From Actinomycetes bacterium (GTDB taxonomy: Bacteria > Actinomycetota > Actinomycetes > Actinomycetales > Demequinaceae): a DNA stretch of 64,000 nucleotides. Under the pieces are notes generated by a model, which did not search any database, had not been told where the DNA came from, and worked only from the letters and a program-made list of their open reading frames with translations. The stretch spans positions 499 through 64,498 of the forward strand of contig JAEZXC010000066.1 in NCBI GenBank assembly GCA_023442845.1, read 5' to 3'. Position 1 is the stretch's first letter. Every line of letters starts with the position of its first letter. This document shows, piece by piece, positions 42,754-53,186 of the stretch. Position numbers and translations under genes: made by a program.

Positions 42754-43919
42754 CGACCATCGAGGTCACCGTGGGAAAACCTGCTCATGGTGGGCACTGC
42801 GTCGCCCGTTATGAGGGACGCGCGGTCTTTGTGCGTCACGCTCTGCCTGGAGAGGTTGTCGAGGCGCGGGTGGTCGATGCGGCACCAGACGCTCGCTTTT
42901 GGAACGCCGACGCCGTCCGCATTCTGGAGGCGTCTGCCGACCGCGTCGATCATCCCTGGCCGGAGGCGGGCCAAGGTGGGGTTGGGGGAGCGGAGCTCGG
43001 TCACGTTGCGCTTCCTGCTCAGCGCGAATGGAAGACCGCGGTGCTGCGCGAAGCCTTTGAACGGTTCGCAGGGATCGAGCTCGACGGCCACGTGCGGGCC
43101 GTGCCGGGCGACGACGATGCGGGCGGGCTTCGTTATCGCACGCGCGTGAGTGCGGTGGCGGGCGAGGATGGCCGCGCCACCATGGCTCTTCAAGGTGGCA
43201 AGGGCCGCCGAACTCTTGCTGCCATGCCACTTGCTACGCCGGCTGCCGAGGCCTCGCTCCTCGCGACGTTGGGGCGACCCGGCGAACGAATTGATGTCAT
43301 CGAGACATCGACCGGTTGGGTTCATGTGGTGCGTGGTGCCCGTGGAGCGGGGAAGATGCTGACGGAGAAGGTGGGCGATCTCACGTACACCCTCAATGCA
43401 CGTGACTTTTGGCAGGTTCATCGGAACGCCCCGGCGCTCTTGGTTAATGAGGTCCTCAGTCGAGTCGGACCTTCTCATCGAGTGCTCGACCTGTACGCGG
43501 GCGTTGGACTGTTTGCCGCCGCGCTTGCCGCGCAGGGCAGGGACGTCACGGCTGTCGAGTCAGTGGGGGTGAAGGGGACGTCTTCTCTCGAGCAAAACCT
43601 CTCACGGTTCTCGGATGCGCGCGCCATCATTGGGGATGCCCGCCGCACGCTCGTGCAGATGGCCACGGAAGGCGCCGACTTCAGCGATGGCACAGTGGTG
43701 CTCGACCCACCGCGCGCCGGGGCTAAGGCCGCCACGGTGAGGGCGATCACGGCGTTGGCGCCGGCACGTATCGTGTACGTCGCGTGTGACCCCGTTGCGT
43801 TGGCGCGAGACACAGCGCTCTTGGCTGAAGACGGCTACGTACTCGACGGCGCATCGGCGTGGGATCTGTTCCCCATGACGCACCACGTCGAAGCGATCGC
43901 ATCATTTGTGCGAGGTTGA
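42750..43919 (+). CDS. TRAM-domain RNA methyltransferase (second copy)
   Basis: AHGGHCVAR, FVRHALPGE, FWQVH, DLYAGVG, DPPRAG, ACDP, THHVE. Confidence 0.9.
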   Translation: MTTIEVTVGKPAHGGHCVARYEGRAVFVRHALPGEVVEARVVDAAPDARFWNADAVRILEASADRVDHPWPEAGQGGVGGAELGHVALPAQREWKTAVLREAFERFAGIELDGHVRAVPGDDDAGGLRYRTRVSAVAGEDGRATMALQGGKGRRTLAAMPLATPAAEASLLATLGRPGERIDVIETSTGWVHVVRGARGAGKMLTEKVGDLTYTLNARDFWQVHRNAPALLVNEVLSRVGPSHRVLDLYAGVGLFAAALAAQGRDVTAVESVGVKGTSSLEQNLSRFSDARAIIGDARRTLVQMATEGADFSDGTVVLDPPRAGAKAATVRAITALAPARIVYVACDPVALARDTALLAEDGYVLDGASAWDLFPMTHHVEAIASFVRG

Positions 43920-43982
43920 CGAGGAGAGCCGGGACCTCGGAACTACCCCGGTAGACTGGACTGCGACAAATCAAGGAGCGCG

Positions 43983-46787
43983 ATGAGCATCAACACCCTG
44001 GGATCCAAGTCCACCCTCACTGTTGGCGACAAGGCCTACGAGGTCTATCGCTTGGATGCCGTTCCGGGGCTGGAGAAGCTCCCGTACTCGCTCAAGATCC
44101 TCGCAGAAGCGCTGTTGCGCACCGAGGACGGCAAGAACATCACCGCCGATCACGTCAGGGCGCTCGCCGCGTGGGACCCCGAGGCCGAGCCCGAGACGGA
44201 GATTCAGTTCACCCCAGCCCGGGTCGTCATGCAGGACTTCACCGGCGTGCCGTGCGTGGTCGACCTCGCGACAATGCGGGAGGCGGTTCGTGAACTTGGC
44301 GGCGACCCCACCGTCATCAATCCGCTGGCGCCCGCGGAACTCGTTATCGACCACTCGGTCGTCATCGACATCTTTGGCCGTGCTGACGCTCTTGAGCGCA
44401 ACACTGCTCTTGAGTACGAGCGCAACCGTGAGCGTTACCAATTCCTGCGTTGGGGACAGACAGCCTTTGACAACTTCAAGGTGGTGCCTCCCGGCACCGG
44501 CATCGTTCACCAGGTGAACCTCGAGTACCTCGCTCGTGGCGTCATGACGAATGAGATCGGTGGCGTCGTCCAGGCGTATCCCGACTCCTGCGTTGGCACG
44601 GACTCGCACACGACGATGATCAATGGTCTTGGGGTCCTTGGCTGGGGCGTTGGCGGTATCGAGGCCGAGGCAGCCATGCTCGGACAGCCGGTGTCGATGT
44701 TGATTCCCAAGGTGGTTGGCTTCAAGCTGACCGGCGCGATTCCGCCTGGCGCGACAGCAACGGACGTCGTGCTCACCATTACCGAATTGCTACGTGCACA
44801 CGGCGTCGTCAGCAAATTTGTCGAGTTCTACGGCGAGGGCGTCAGCGCTGTCCCGCTCGCGAACCGCGCGACGATCGGCAACATGAGCCCGGAGTTCGGT
44901 TCGACGGCCGCGATCTTCCCCATCGACGACGTCACGCTCGACTACTTGCGTCTCACGGGCCGGTCGGAAGAGCAAGTTGCGCTGGTCGAGGCGTACACGA
45001 AGGCGCAGGGTCTTTGGCACGACCCCGCTTCGGAGCCCGTCTTCTCTGAGTACCTGGAGCTTGACTTGTCGACGGTGGTGCCGTCGATCGCTGGGCCCAA
45101 GCGTCCGCAGGACCGCATCGAGCTCACGAGGGCGAAGGACGGCTTCCGCAATGTCATTCGGGACTACGTGCTCCACGACGAGGACGAGACCCACGGCCTC
45201 GATGCTGCTATCGAGGACACCTTCCCGGCGTCGGACCCGATTGCCACGGACTCACTTGTTGACGACGACACCGAAACCGCTGCTCCCGCGCGTGCGGGAC
45301 TCGGACGCCCGCACAAGCAGGTCCCGCTGACGATGTCCGACGGTACGGAGACGACGCTCGATCACGGGCGCGTTGTCATTGCGTCGATCACCTCGTGCAC
45401 GAACACGTCCAACCCATCCGTCATGCTTGCGGCCGCCCTCCTCGCGCGCAACGCGAATGCGCGGGGTCTCACCTCGAAGCCGTGGGTGAAGACGTCGATG
45501 GCGCCCGGCTCAAAGGTGGTGACGAACTACTACGACAAGGCTGGACTTTGGCCGGACCTCGAGGCGCTTGGTTTCCACCTCGTGGGATACGGCTGCACCA
45601 CGTGTATCGGCAACTCTGGTCCGCTGCCGGAAGAGGTCTCAGCGGCCGTGAACGAGCACGACCTTTCAGTCGTGTCCGTCCTGTCGGGAAACCGCAACTT
45701 TGAGGGCCGGATCAACCCCGACGTCAAGATGAACTACCTGGCTTCGCCGCCGCTTGTCATTGCTTATGCACTCGCGGGCACGATGGATTTCGACTTTGAG
45801 AAGGAGCCGCTCGGTCGTGACCGTGACGGTAACGACGTGTTCCTGCGCGACATCTGGCCCGACCCGGCCGAGGTGGAGGCAGTCATTGGCTCGTCAATCA
45901 CACAAGAGATGTTCACCCGTGACTATGCAGACGTATTTGCCGGTGACGAGCGGTGGCAGACCTTGCCGACGCCGGCAGGTAACACGTTTGAGTGGGAAGC
46001 AGATTCGACGTACGTACGTAAGCCTCCGTATTTCGAGGGCATGGCATTGACGCCGGAACCTGTTGTCGACATCGCGGGTGCACGAGTGCTTGCCTTGCTC
46101 GGCGACTCAGTGACGACCGACCACATCTCACCCGCTGGTTCAATCCGTCCCGACAGCCCCGCGGGCCAGTACCTTGCGGAGCACGGCGTGGAGCGCAAGG
46201 ACTTCAACTCGTATGGGTCTCGCCGAGGTAATCACGAGGTGATGATTCGCGGCACGTTCGCCAATATCCGTCTGAAGAACCTGCTTCTCGATGGAGTGGA
46301 AGGTGGATACACGTTCAATCACCTCACCGGCGAACGGGACACCATCTATGACGCATCGGTGGCGTACCAGGCGGCGGGCATTCCGCTCGTTGTCCTTGCC
46401 GGCAAGGAATACGGATCCGGCTCGTCACGCGACTGGGCGGCCAAGGGAACCGCACTTCTTGGGGTGCGCGCCGTCATCACCGAGAGCTTTGAGCGCATTC
46501 ACCGCTCCAACCTCATCGGGATGGGTGTGCTGCCTTTGCAGTTCCCGGCGGGCCACAATGCGGCCAGCCTTGGTCTCGATGGCACCGAAGTGTTCGACAT
46601 CACGGGAGTCTCGGCGTTTAGTGCTGGGGAGCACCCCCGCACTCTGCCTGTGCGCGCAACAAAGGCCGATGGCAGCGTCGTCGAGTTTGATGCGGTCGTC
46701 CGGATCGATACACCTGGCGAGGCGGATTATTACCGCCACGGCGGCATCCTCCAGTACGTCCTGCGCTCGCTCGTGACGCAGGGCTAA
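43983..46787 (+). CDS. acnA: Aconitate hydratase A
   Basis: [46 protein letters not shown]. Confidence 0.98.
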   Translation: MSINTLGSKSTLTVGDKAYEVYRLDAVPGLEKLPYSLKILAEALLRTEDGKNITADHVRALAAWDPEAEPETEIQFTPARVVMQDFTGVPCVVDLATMREAVRELGGDPTVINPLAPAELVIDHSVVIDIFGRADALERNTALEYERNRERYQFLRWGQTAFDNFKVVPPGTGIVHQVNLEYLARGVMTNEIGGVVQAYPDSCVGTDSHTTMINGLGVLGWGVGGIEAEAAMLGQPVSMLIPKVVGFKLTGAIPPGATATDVVLTITELLRAHGVVSKFVEFYGEGVSAVPLANRATIGNMSPEFGSTAAIFPIDDVTLDYLRLTGRSEEQVALVEAYTKAQGLWHDPASEPVFSEYLELDLSTVVPSIAGPKRPQDRIELTRAKDGFRNVIRDYVLHDEDETHGLDAAIEDTFPASDPIATDSLVDDDTETAAPARAGLGRPHKQVPLTMSDGTETTLDHGRVVIASITSCTNTSNPSVMLAAALLARNANARGLTSKPWVKTSMAPGSKVVTNYYDKAGLWPDLEALGFHLVGYGCTTCIGNSGPLPEEVSAAVNEHDLSVVSVLSGNRNFEGRINPDVKMNYLASPPLVIAYALAGTMDFDFEKEPLGRDRDGNDVFLRDIWPDPAEVEAVIGSSITQEMFTRDYADVFAGDERWQTLPTPAGNTFEWEADSTYVRKPPYFEGMALTPEPVVDIAGARVLALLGDSVTTDHISPAGSIRPDSPAGQYLAEHGVERKDFNSYGSRRGNHEVMIRGTFANIRLKNLLLDGVEGGYTFNHLTGERDTIYDASVAYQAAGIPLVVLAGKEYGSGSSRDWAAKGTALLGVRAVITESFERIHRSNLIGMGVLPLQFPAGHNAASLGLDGTEVFDITGVSAFSAGEHPRTLPVRATKADGSVVEFDAVVRIDTPGEADYYRHGGILQYVLRSLVTQG

Positions 46788-46860
46788 GACGCGGAACACG
46801 TACGCCTCGCGGGGCGTTGCAGGACGTACAGTGGGAGAACCTCGACGGCAAGGAGCGAGC

Positions 46861-48720
46861 GTGCTGGAGCGCATCGAGTCACCGCAGACCTTGCGGTCGC
46901 TATCGGCGCAGGAACTTGCCGACCTTGCTGAGGAAATCCGCACGTACTTGGTGGAGTCGGTCTCCCGTACGGGAGGGCATCTTGGCCCAAACCTCGGTGT
47001 TGTCGAACTGACGCTCGCATTGCACCGAGTATTTGAGTCACCGTTTGACCGTCTCGTCTTTGACACGGGGCACCAGAGCTACGTGCACAAACTCCTGACG
47101 GGCCGGTCCGATTTTTCGAACCTTCGCAAGCGAGGGGGAGTGTCGGGCTATCCCTCGCGAGCTGAGTCAGAACACGACATCGTCGAAAACTCGCATGCGT
47201 CGACTGCGCTCTCGTGGGCCGCAGGGATCGCGCGAGGACATACCCTCAAGGGCGAGGTTGATCGTACGACCGTTGCTGTCATTGGCGATGGCGCGCTCAC
47301 CGGCGGCATGGCGTGGGAAGCGCTCAACTCCCTCGCTGACTGCGATGACCGCGTCGTTGTTGTCGTCAACGACAACGGACGCTCATATGCGCCAACAATC
47401 GGTGGTTTAGCCCGACGTCTTGACGGCATTCGCACGTCTCGCACCTATGAGAACTTTCTCAGTTGGGGCAAGCGGACCTTTGACGGCCGCGGTCCCGTTC
47501 GCGACTTCACCTATCAAACTGTCATACACGGCAAGCGTGCACTCAAAGGCCTTATTGGTCCGCATGGGATGTTTGAAGACCTTGGTCTCAAGTACCTCGG
47601 GCCGGTCGACGGCCACGATCTTGCGCAGCTCGAGGCCGCTCTTACTCACGCAAAGGGCTACGGTGCACCCGTCATCGTTCACGTGCTCACGGAAAAGGGT
47701 CGCGGCTATCAGCCGGCAGAACAGGATCACGCTGACCGCTTCCATGCAGTGGGCAAGATTCACCCCGAGACCGGCCTTCCGATCGAGCCATCGCGCTTCG
47801 GCTGGACGAGCGTGTTTGCCGACGAAATGCTGGCGATTGGCGCGGAGCGTGAGGATGTCGTGGCAATTACCGCTGCCATGCTTCAGCCGGTTGGCCTGCA
47901 GCCGTTCGCTGACGCTTTCCCGGGCCGTGTGATTGATGTTGGAATCGCTGAGCAACATGCGGTGACGGCGGCGGCAGGATTGGCCTTCTCGGGTCTGCAT
48001 CCCGTGGTCGCCGTATACGCCACTTTCCTCAATCGAGCGTTTGATCAGTTGCTCATGGACGTCGCTCTCCATAAGGCGGGCGTGACATTCATGCTGGATA
48101 GGGCAGGCATCACTGGCGACGACGGGGCGAGCCACAACGGGATGTGGGACATGGCGCTTCTGCGGCACGTCCCCGGATTGCGCCTCGCCGCCCCCCGTGA
48201 CGAGCCGACGTTGCGTGCGGCGTTCCGTGAGGCGACGGAAGTCGATGACGCTCCCACAGTGGTGCGTTACCCCAAGGGCGCAGTGTCAGATCCCCTTCCC
48301 GCCGTGAGGACAAGCGGTGACATCGACGTGCTCGCGACGTTTGGCGACGGTGCTCCACGAGTGGTGGTTTTCGGCATCGGGTCGATGGCGAGCACAGCGA
48401 TCGACGTTGCTGGCAAACTTGCGGCGCAAGGCCAGACCGTCATTGCTGCCACCGCAACATGGGTGCATCCAGTTCCTGAGGGTCTACTTGAGGCGATCGG
48501 CGACGCCGAGCTCGTTGTCACCGTTGAGGATGGCTTGACCGACGCGGGAGTCGGCGAGGAATGGGCTGAGTTTGCGCGCATGGCGGGTCGCCACGCGGTG
48601 TGGTCGCACCATGGTGTGCCGCGTGAGTTCCTGCACCATGCGACCAGGGCTCAAATCTTGGACGATATCGGCCTCGAAGCGTCGGCGATTGCCGACGCGG
48701 CCCTGGCGCGCCTGACGTAA
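46861..48720 (+). CDS. dxs: 1-deoxy-D-xylulose-5-phosphate synthase
   Basis: GGHLGPNLG, DTGHQSY, GDGALTGG, NDN, GIAEQHA, RYPKG; start 46861 or 46831. Confidence 0.97.
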   Translation: MLERIESPQTLRSLSAQELADLAEEIRTYLVESVSRTGGHLGPNLGVVELTLALHRVFESPFDRLVFDTGHQSYVHKLLTGRSDFSNLRKRGGVSGYPSRAESEHDIVENSHASTALSWAAGIARGHTLKGEVDRTTVAVIGDGALTGGMAWEALNSLADCDDRVVVVVNDNGRSYAPTIGGLARRLDGIRTSRTYENFLSWGKRTFDGRGPVRDFTYQTVIHGKRALKGLIGPHGMFEDLGLKYLGPVDGHDLAQLEAALTHAKGYGAPVIVHVLTEKGRGYQPAEQDHADRFHAVGKIHPETGLPIEPSRFGWTSVFADEMLAIGAEREDVVAITAAMLQPVGLQPFADAFPGRVIDVGIAEQHAVTAAAGLAFSGLHPVVAVYATFLNRAFDQLLMDVALHKAGVTFMLDRAGITGDDGASHNGMWDMALLRHVPGLRLAAPRDEPTLRAAFREATEVDDAPTVVRYPKGAVSDPLPAVRTSGDIDVLATFGDGAPRVVVFGIGSMASTAIDVAGKLAAQGQTVIAATATWVHPVPEGLLEAIGDAELVVTVEDGLTDAGVGEEWAEFARMAGRHAVWSHHGVPREFLHHATRAQILDDIGLEASAIADAALARLT

Positions 48721-48727
48721 CCCGACG

Positions 48728-50026
48728 TCACAGGTCAGACAACGACGCATCGACCGCCGCGACGCCAAGCACCTGAGCACGGACAAAGGCGCTGGCAATC
48801 GCGGGTGCCGTGAGATCGATCTGCCACGGTCGCGCACCACGCGTCACGAGGAATGCACGCACCCACTCTTCACCCCCCGACTGGTACTCCCAGCATGCCC
48901 GGCGCAGGGCGTCGGGTTGGAGAAGGTTCTCGAGTGGCACGGTGTGGCGCTCCGCGATCGCCATGAGCGCGGTCCGTGCCTCCGCGAGACGCGCCGCGGC
49001 CTCTGGGCGCTTGTCTGCCCACGCGCGCGCTGGCGGCGGACCATCCCCTTGAGGGGCGCGGCGAGCCGGCAACTGCTTCTCGGGAAGGTTCATCGCCGCC
49101 TCGATGGTCGGCCACCACCGCGGTGCCGCGCGGCGGGTGCCCTTCGTGCGCCACTCGGCGATCTCGACAAGTGCGTCAAACGAGCTGGGCTTGTCGCGTG
49201 CGGCAGCGATGATGGCAGCGTCTCGCAGAACTCGACCTGGGGTCACGTCGCGGCGCTGAGCCTCTTTGTCTCGCTCTTCCCAGAGCGCCCGCACAATGGC
49301 GAGCCCGCGGGCATCACGCACCGTGTGAGTGCCGGAGGTGCGCCGCCACGGGTCAACGCGTGGCTCGGCTGGGGGAGCCACGCGCACCGCCTCGAACTCC
49401 TGCGCTGCCCATTCGGACTTCCCTGCGGCCTCAAGATGGGCGGCAAGGGCATCACGCAACGGCACGAGGAGCTCAACATCGAGAGCGGCGTATGCGAGCC
49501 ACGAATCGGGCAGTGGTCGCATCGACCAGTCCTGAGCGGAGTGCTCCTTAGCCAACGTAAAGCCAAGTTCCTTCTCAATCACCGAGGCAAGGCCCACCTT
49601 TGCCCAACCCAGGAGGCGAGCGGCCAGTTCGGTGTCGAAGAGCGATGTTGGATTCAGGCCAAGCGCGTGCATACCAGGAAGGTCCTGGCTTGCCGCGTGG
49701 AAAACAAACTCGACGCCGTGGAGCACCTCGTTGAGGCCACTGAGGTCGTTGAGGATTGCCGTATCGATTAACGCAATGCCAGCGCCCTCACGTTTGAACT
49801 GCACGAGGTAGGTCGCCTGGCCATACCGGAATCCCGACGCACGTTCAGCGTCGGCCGCGACAGGCCCGGTTCCTTGCGCAAAGGCCGAAATGACGTGCTG
49901 AAGCCCCTCGGGCGTGTCGATGACCGGAGGCACACCACCCTCAGGAGCGGTCAGCAGAACTGACGGGGGGCCGTCCGGGGCGTCGATGTCAGAATTGTGC
50001 GCCTCGCCGGGCTCGGCAACGCTCAT
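48728..50026 (-). CDS. rnd: Ribonuclease D / HRDC protein (second copy)
   Basis: ADAERASGFRY, HAASQDL, DTELAARLL, DWSMRPL, YAALDVE. Confidence 0.9.
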   Translation of the reverse strand: MSVAEPGEAHNSDIDAPDGPPSVLLTAPEGGVPPVIDTPEGLQHVISAFAQGTGPVAADAERASGFRYGQATYLVQFKREGAGIALIDTAILNDLSGLNEVLHGVEFVFHAASQDLPGMHALGLNPTSLFDTELAARLLGWAKVGLASVIEKELGFTLAKEHSAQDWSMRPLPDSWLAYAALDVELLVPLRDALAAHLEAAGKSEWAAQEFEAVRVAPPAEPRVDPWRRTSGTHTVRDARGLAIVRALWEERDKEAQRRDVTPGRVLRDAAIIAAARDKPSSFDALVEIAEWRTKGTRRAAPRWWPTIEAAMNLPEKQLPARRAPQGDGPPPARAWADKRPEAAARLAEARTALMAIAERHTVPLENLLQPDALRRACWEYQSGGEEWVRAFLVTRGARPWQIDLTAPAIASAFVRAQVLGVAAVDASLSDL

Positions 50027-50577
50027 ACGTGTCCTCCAGGAAGCACGGACACGCCTTCGGGCGCAGGGGGGACCCCCGCACACATCGCTAGCAATTCAGT
50101 CCACGCCACAATGTGAAGGCCGAGGTCCGCGTCGTGGGGCGTCCATGACACCCGCAGTTCCACTGTCACCTCGTCCTCTCTTTCTGCGAGTTGGCCAAAG
50201 GAGCGAGACACCACCTTTGTCACCGTGCCGCCAAGATGGGAGTGCTCGATGCCATCGAGTGCCTCATCAAGCCAGGACCATGCGGCGTCGGCCCACAAAT
50301 CATCTCGCCCCACCTCGGCATCTACTCGTGCTTGCACGAGAGCTACTACCCGAAATGTACCGCCCCATGGCTCTTGCCCTGCGGGATCGTGCAAGGCGAC
50401 GAAGCGGCCGGTCGTTTCAAGAGTCTCGGGTAGCACGACGCCGTTGACGGCGACGGCGTACGGCGCGATCCGAGACGGGGCAGGCGTTTCCACCAAGCGC
50501 ACATCACGCCGCGTACGCGCTCGGCCGAGGGAGTTCAGCGCCTCGCGGAACGCGACCGGAACGGCCGTGGCATCCAT
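50023..50577 (-). CDS. DUF3000 family protein (second copy)
   Basis: PAPSRIAPY, GRFVALHDP, LGGTVT, ELRVSWTP. Confidence 0.85.
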   Translation of the reverse strand: MDATAVPVAFREALNSLGRARTRRDVRLVETPAPSRIAPYAVAVNGVVLPETLETTGRFVALHDPAGQEPWGGTFRVVALVQARVDAEVGRDDLWADAAWSWLDEALDGIEHSHLGGTVTKVVSRSFGQLAEREDEVTVELRVSWTPHDADLGLHIVAWTELLAMCAGVPPAPEGVSVLPGGHV

Positions 50578-50696
50578 ACGGGAAGCCTACGGGCGGTGCG
50601 CGCGCACCCACGGGTCCGCCACGCGATCACCGGTTACACCGCCAGGCGCGACACCCTCTAGGCTTGTTGCCGTACCCCTCCCAGCAAGGAAGTGAC

Positions 50697-52130
50697 ATGG
50701 CGCTTGCGCAAATTGGTGTGACCGGTCTGGCCGTGATGGGCCGGAATCTCGCTCGTAACTTCGCTCGTAATGGCTTCACCGTCGCGGTGCATAACCGTAG
50801 CCCCGAGAAGATGCGATCACTCGTCGACGAGCACGGTGACGAAGGCACGTTCATTGGATCTGAGACGCTCGAGGACTTTGTGGCGTCGCTCGAGAAGCCG
50901 CGCAAGATCGTCATCATGGTGCAAGCGGGTGGGCCGACTGACGCCGTCATTGACGCGCTCGTGCCCCTCGTCGACGAAGGCGACATCATCGTCGACGCCG
51001 GAAACGCTCATTACCCCGACACGCGCCGTCGTGAGGCTGCGCTACGCGACAAGGGCATTCACTTTGTTGGTTCGGGTGTGTCCGGCGGTGAAGAGGGCGC
51101 CCTCCTTGGACCCTCGATCATGCCAGGCGGTCCTGCTGAGTCCTACGCCTCTCTTGGTCCGATCCTCGAGAAGATTTCGGCCAAGGTGGATGGCGTGCCG
51201 TGCTGCACGCACGTGGGCCCCGACGGCGCGGGCCACTTCGTCAAGATGGTGCACAACGGCATCGAGTACGCCGACATGCAGCTGATTGCTGAGGCATATC
51301 ACCTGCTCCGCGCAGGCCTTGACCTGACGCCGGCCGAGATCGGGGAGATCTTCGAGGAGTGGAACGAGGGCGACCTCGAGAGCTTCCTCATTGAGATCAC
51401 CGCCGAAGTGCTCAAGCAGGTCGATGCGACGACGGGCAAGCCCCTTGTTGACGTCATTCAAGACCAGGCGGGTCAGAAGGGCACCGGTCGCTGGACCGTG
51501 CAGAACGCTCTCGACCTTGGTGTGCCGGTCACTGGCATTGCCGAAGCGACCTTCGCTCGCGCGATCTCAAGCCAGACGGCTCAGCGTGACGCAGCACGTG
51601 AGGTGCTGACAGGTGCCGCAGGCGAGTTCCACATCAAGAACCGTGAGGGTTTTATCGAGGACGTGCGCGTTGCCCTTTACGCGTCCAAGGTCGTTGCATA
51701 CGCCCAGGGCTTCGATCAGATCCAGGCCGCGTCGGAGGAGTACGACTGGAACATTGATCGTGGTGCGATGGCGCGCATTTGGCGTGGTGGCTGCATTATT
51801 CGTGCTCGCTTCCTCAACCGGATCACCGAGGCGTATGAGCGAAACCCCGAGCTTCCCTCGCTGCTTGTCGACCCCTACTTCACTGACGCCGTAGCCGACG
51901 GAGTGTCGGGTTGGCGTCGAGTTGTCGCTCAGGCAGCGCTCGCCGGTGTCCCAACGCCCGCGTTCTCGTCGTCGCTGGCCTACTACGACTCGTTGCGCGC
52001 CGAACGCCTGCCTGCCGCCCTTATCCAGGGCCAGCGTGACTTCTTCGGTGCCCACACCTACAAGCGGGTCGATCGTGAAGGCACGTTCCACACGCTGTGG
52101 TCAGGGGACCGCTCCGAGGTCGAGGCGTAA
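50697..52130 (+). CDS. gnd: 6-phosphogluconate dehydrogenase (NADP+, decarboxylating)
   Basis: GLAVMGRN, GVSGGEEGA, KMVHNGIEY, WRGGCIIRA, QRDFFGAH. Confidence 0.97.
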   Translation: MALAQIGVTGLAVMGRNLARNFARNGFTVAVHNRSPEKMRSLVDEHGDEGTFIGSETLEDFVASLEKPRKIVIMVQAGGPTDAVIDALVPLVDEGDIIVDAGNAHYPDTRRREAALRDKGIHFVGSGVSGGEEGALLGPSIMPGGPAESYASLGPILEKISAKVDGVPCCTHVGPDGAGHFVKMVHNGIEYADMQLIAEAYHLLRAGLDLTPAEIGEIFEEWNEGDLESFLIEITAEVLKQVDATTGKPLVDVIQDQAGQKGTGRWTVQNALDLGVPVTGIAEATFARAISSQTAQRDAAREVLTGAAGEFHIKNREGFIEDVRVALYASKVVAYAQGFDQIQAASEEYDWNIDRGAMARIWRGGCIIRARFLNRITEAYERNPELPSLLVDPYFTDAVADGVSGWRRVVAQAALAGVPTPAFSSSLAYYDSLRAERLPAALIQGQRDFFGAHTYKRVDREGTFHTLWSGDRSEVEA

Positions 52131-52185
52131 CCGGTCCGATTCGTTCTGCGTATCGCAAACGCGTATGACCTCACGAGGTGATGAC

Positions 52186-53151
52186 GTGACGTTGGTGGGC
52201 CGCAGGCCCGTGCTTGACGCGGAAGCGCTGATACGGCGCTTCCGCGTTCCTGCGCATTTTGGGGACGCGACGTTCGATACATATAGCCCGGACCCTGACT
52301 TCCCATCCCAGCGCGAGGGCCGCGACCGCGTTCGTCGCTTCGCTGAAGGTGCAACAGCGCGCCTGCGTCGCAGTTCAGCCGGCAAGGGGATCTATCTCGA
52401 CGGCGGCTTTGGCGTGGGCAAGACTCACCTCCTCGCCGCCCTCGCCTCGCATGTCGGTGAGCGCGCGGCCTTTGGCACCTTTGTCGAGTACACCCACCTC
52501 GTGGGAGCGCTCGGCTTCCAGAACGCGCGCACTGCCTTGAGTGAGTTTCGTGCGGTGTGCATTGACGAGTTCGAGCTCGATGACCCGGGCGACACCGTGT
52601 TGATGGCGCGACTCATGCGGGAATTGGCCGACGCTGGCGTGGCTCTCGCGGCCACCTCCAATACGCTCCCGGAGTCCCTTGGCATGGGCCGCTTCGCTGC
52701 TGAGGATTTCAAGCGGGAAATTCAGGCTCTCGCCACGGTGTTTGAGGTGGTGACGATCGACGGTCCCGACTACCGCCACCGTGGCGACATGTCGTTTGCA
52801 GTCGCATCCGACGCCGAGGTTGCGGCGGTTGCTGACAGGTGGGGCGGCCATGTTGTCGAGTGGCGAGCACTCGTTGACGATCTTGCCTTTGTTCATCCAA
52901 GCCGACTCGGCGCCTACATCGAGGGCGTTCGTTGGCTCGGTATTGCGAACGTGGCACCACTCGCCGACCAAACTCAAGCACTGCGGGTGGTGAATCTTGT
53001 CGACCGCCTCTACGACGCCGATGCCACCATTGTTGCCAGCGGCGATTCGCTCGGCGATATCTTTACCCCTGAGATGCTGGCGGGCGGATATCGCAAGAAG
53101 TACTTCCGGGCGCTGTCACGACTCGCCGCAATGAGCAACCCGGCGCATTGA
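52186..53151 (+). CDS. zapE: AFG1-like cell division ATPase ZapE
   Basis: YLDGGFGVGKTHLL, IDEFELDDPGD, TSNT, GPDYR; GTG 52186 after GAGGTG (alternative ATG 52165). Confidence 0.9.
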   Translation: MTLVGRRPVLDAEALIRRFRVPAHFGDATFDTYSPDPDFPSQREGRDRVRRFAEGATARLRRSSAGKGIYLDGGFGVGKTHLLAALASHVGERAAFGTFVEYTHLVGALGFQNARTALSEFRAVCIDEFELDDPGDTVLMARLMRELADAGVALAATSNTLPESLGMGRFAAEDFKREIQALATVFEVVTIDGPDYRHRGDMSFAVASDAEVAAVADRWGGHVVEWRALVDDLAFVHPSRLGAYIEGVRWLGIANVAPLADQTQALRVVNLVDRLYDADATIVASGDSLGDIFTPEMLAGGYRKKYFRALSRLAAMSNPAH

Positions 53152-53186
53152 GGAATCCTGCGCAATGAGGGAACCTGCGCAGCGCG

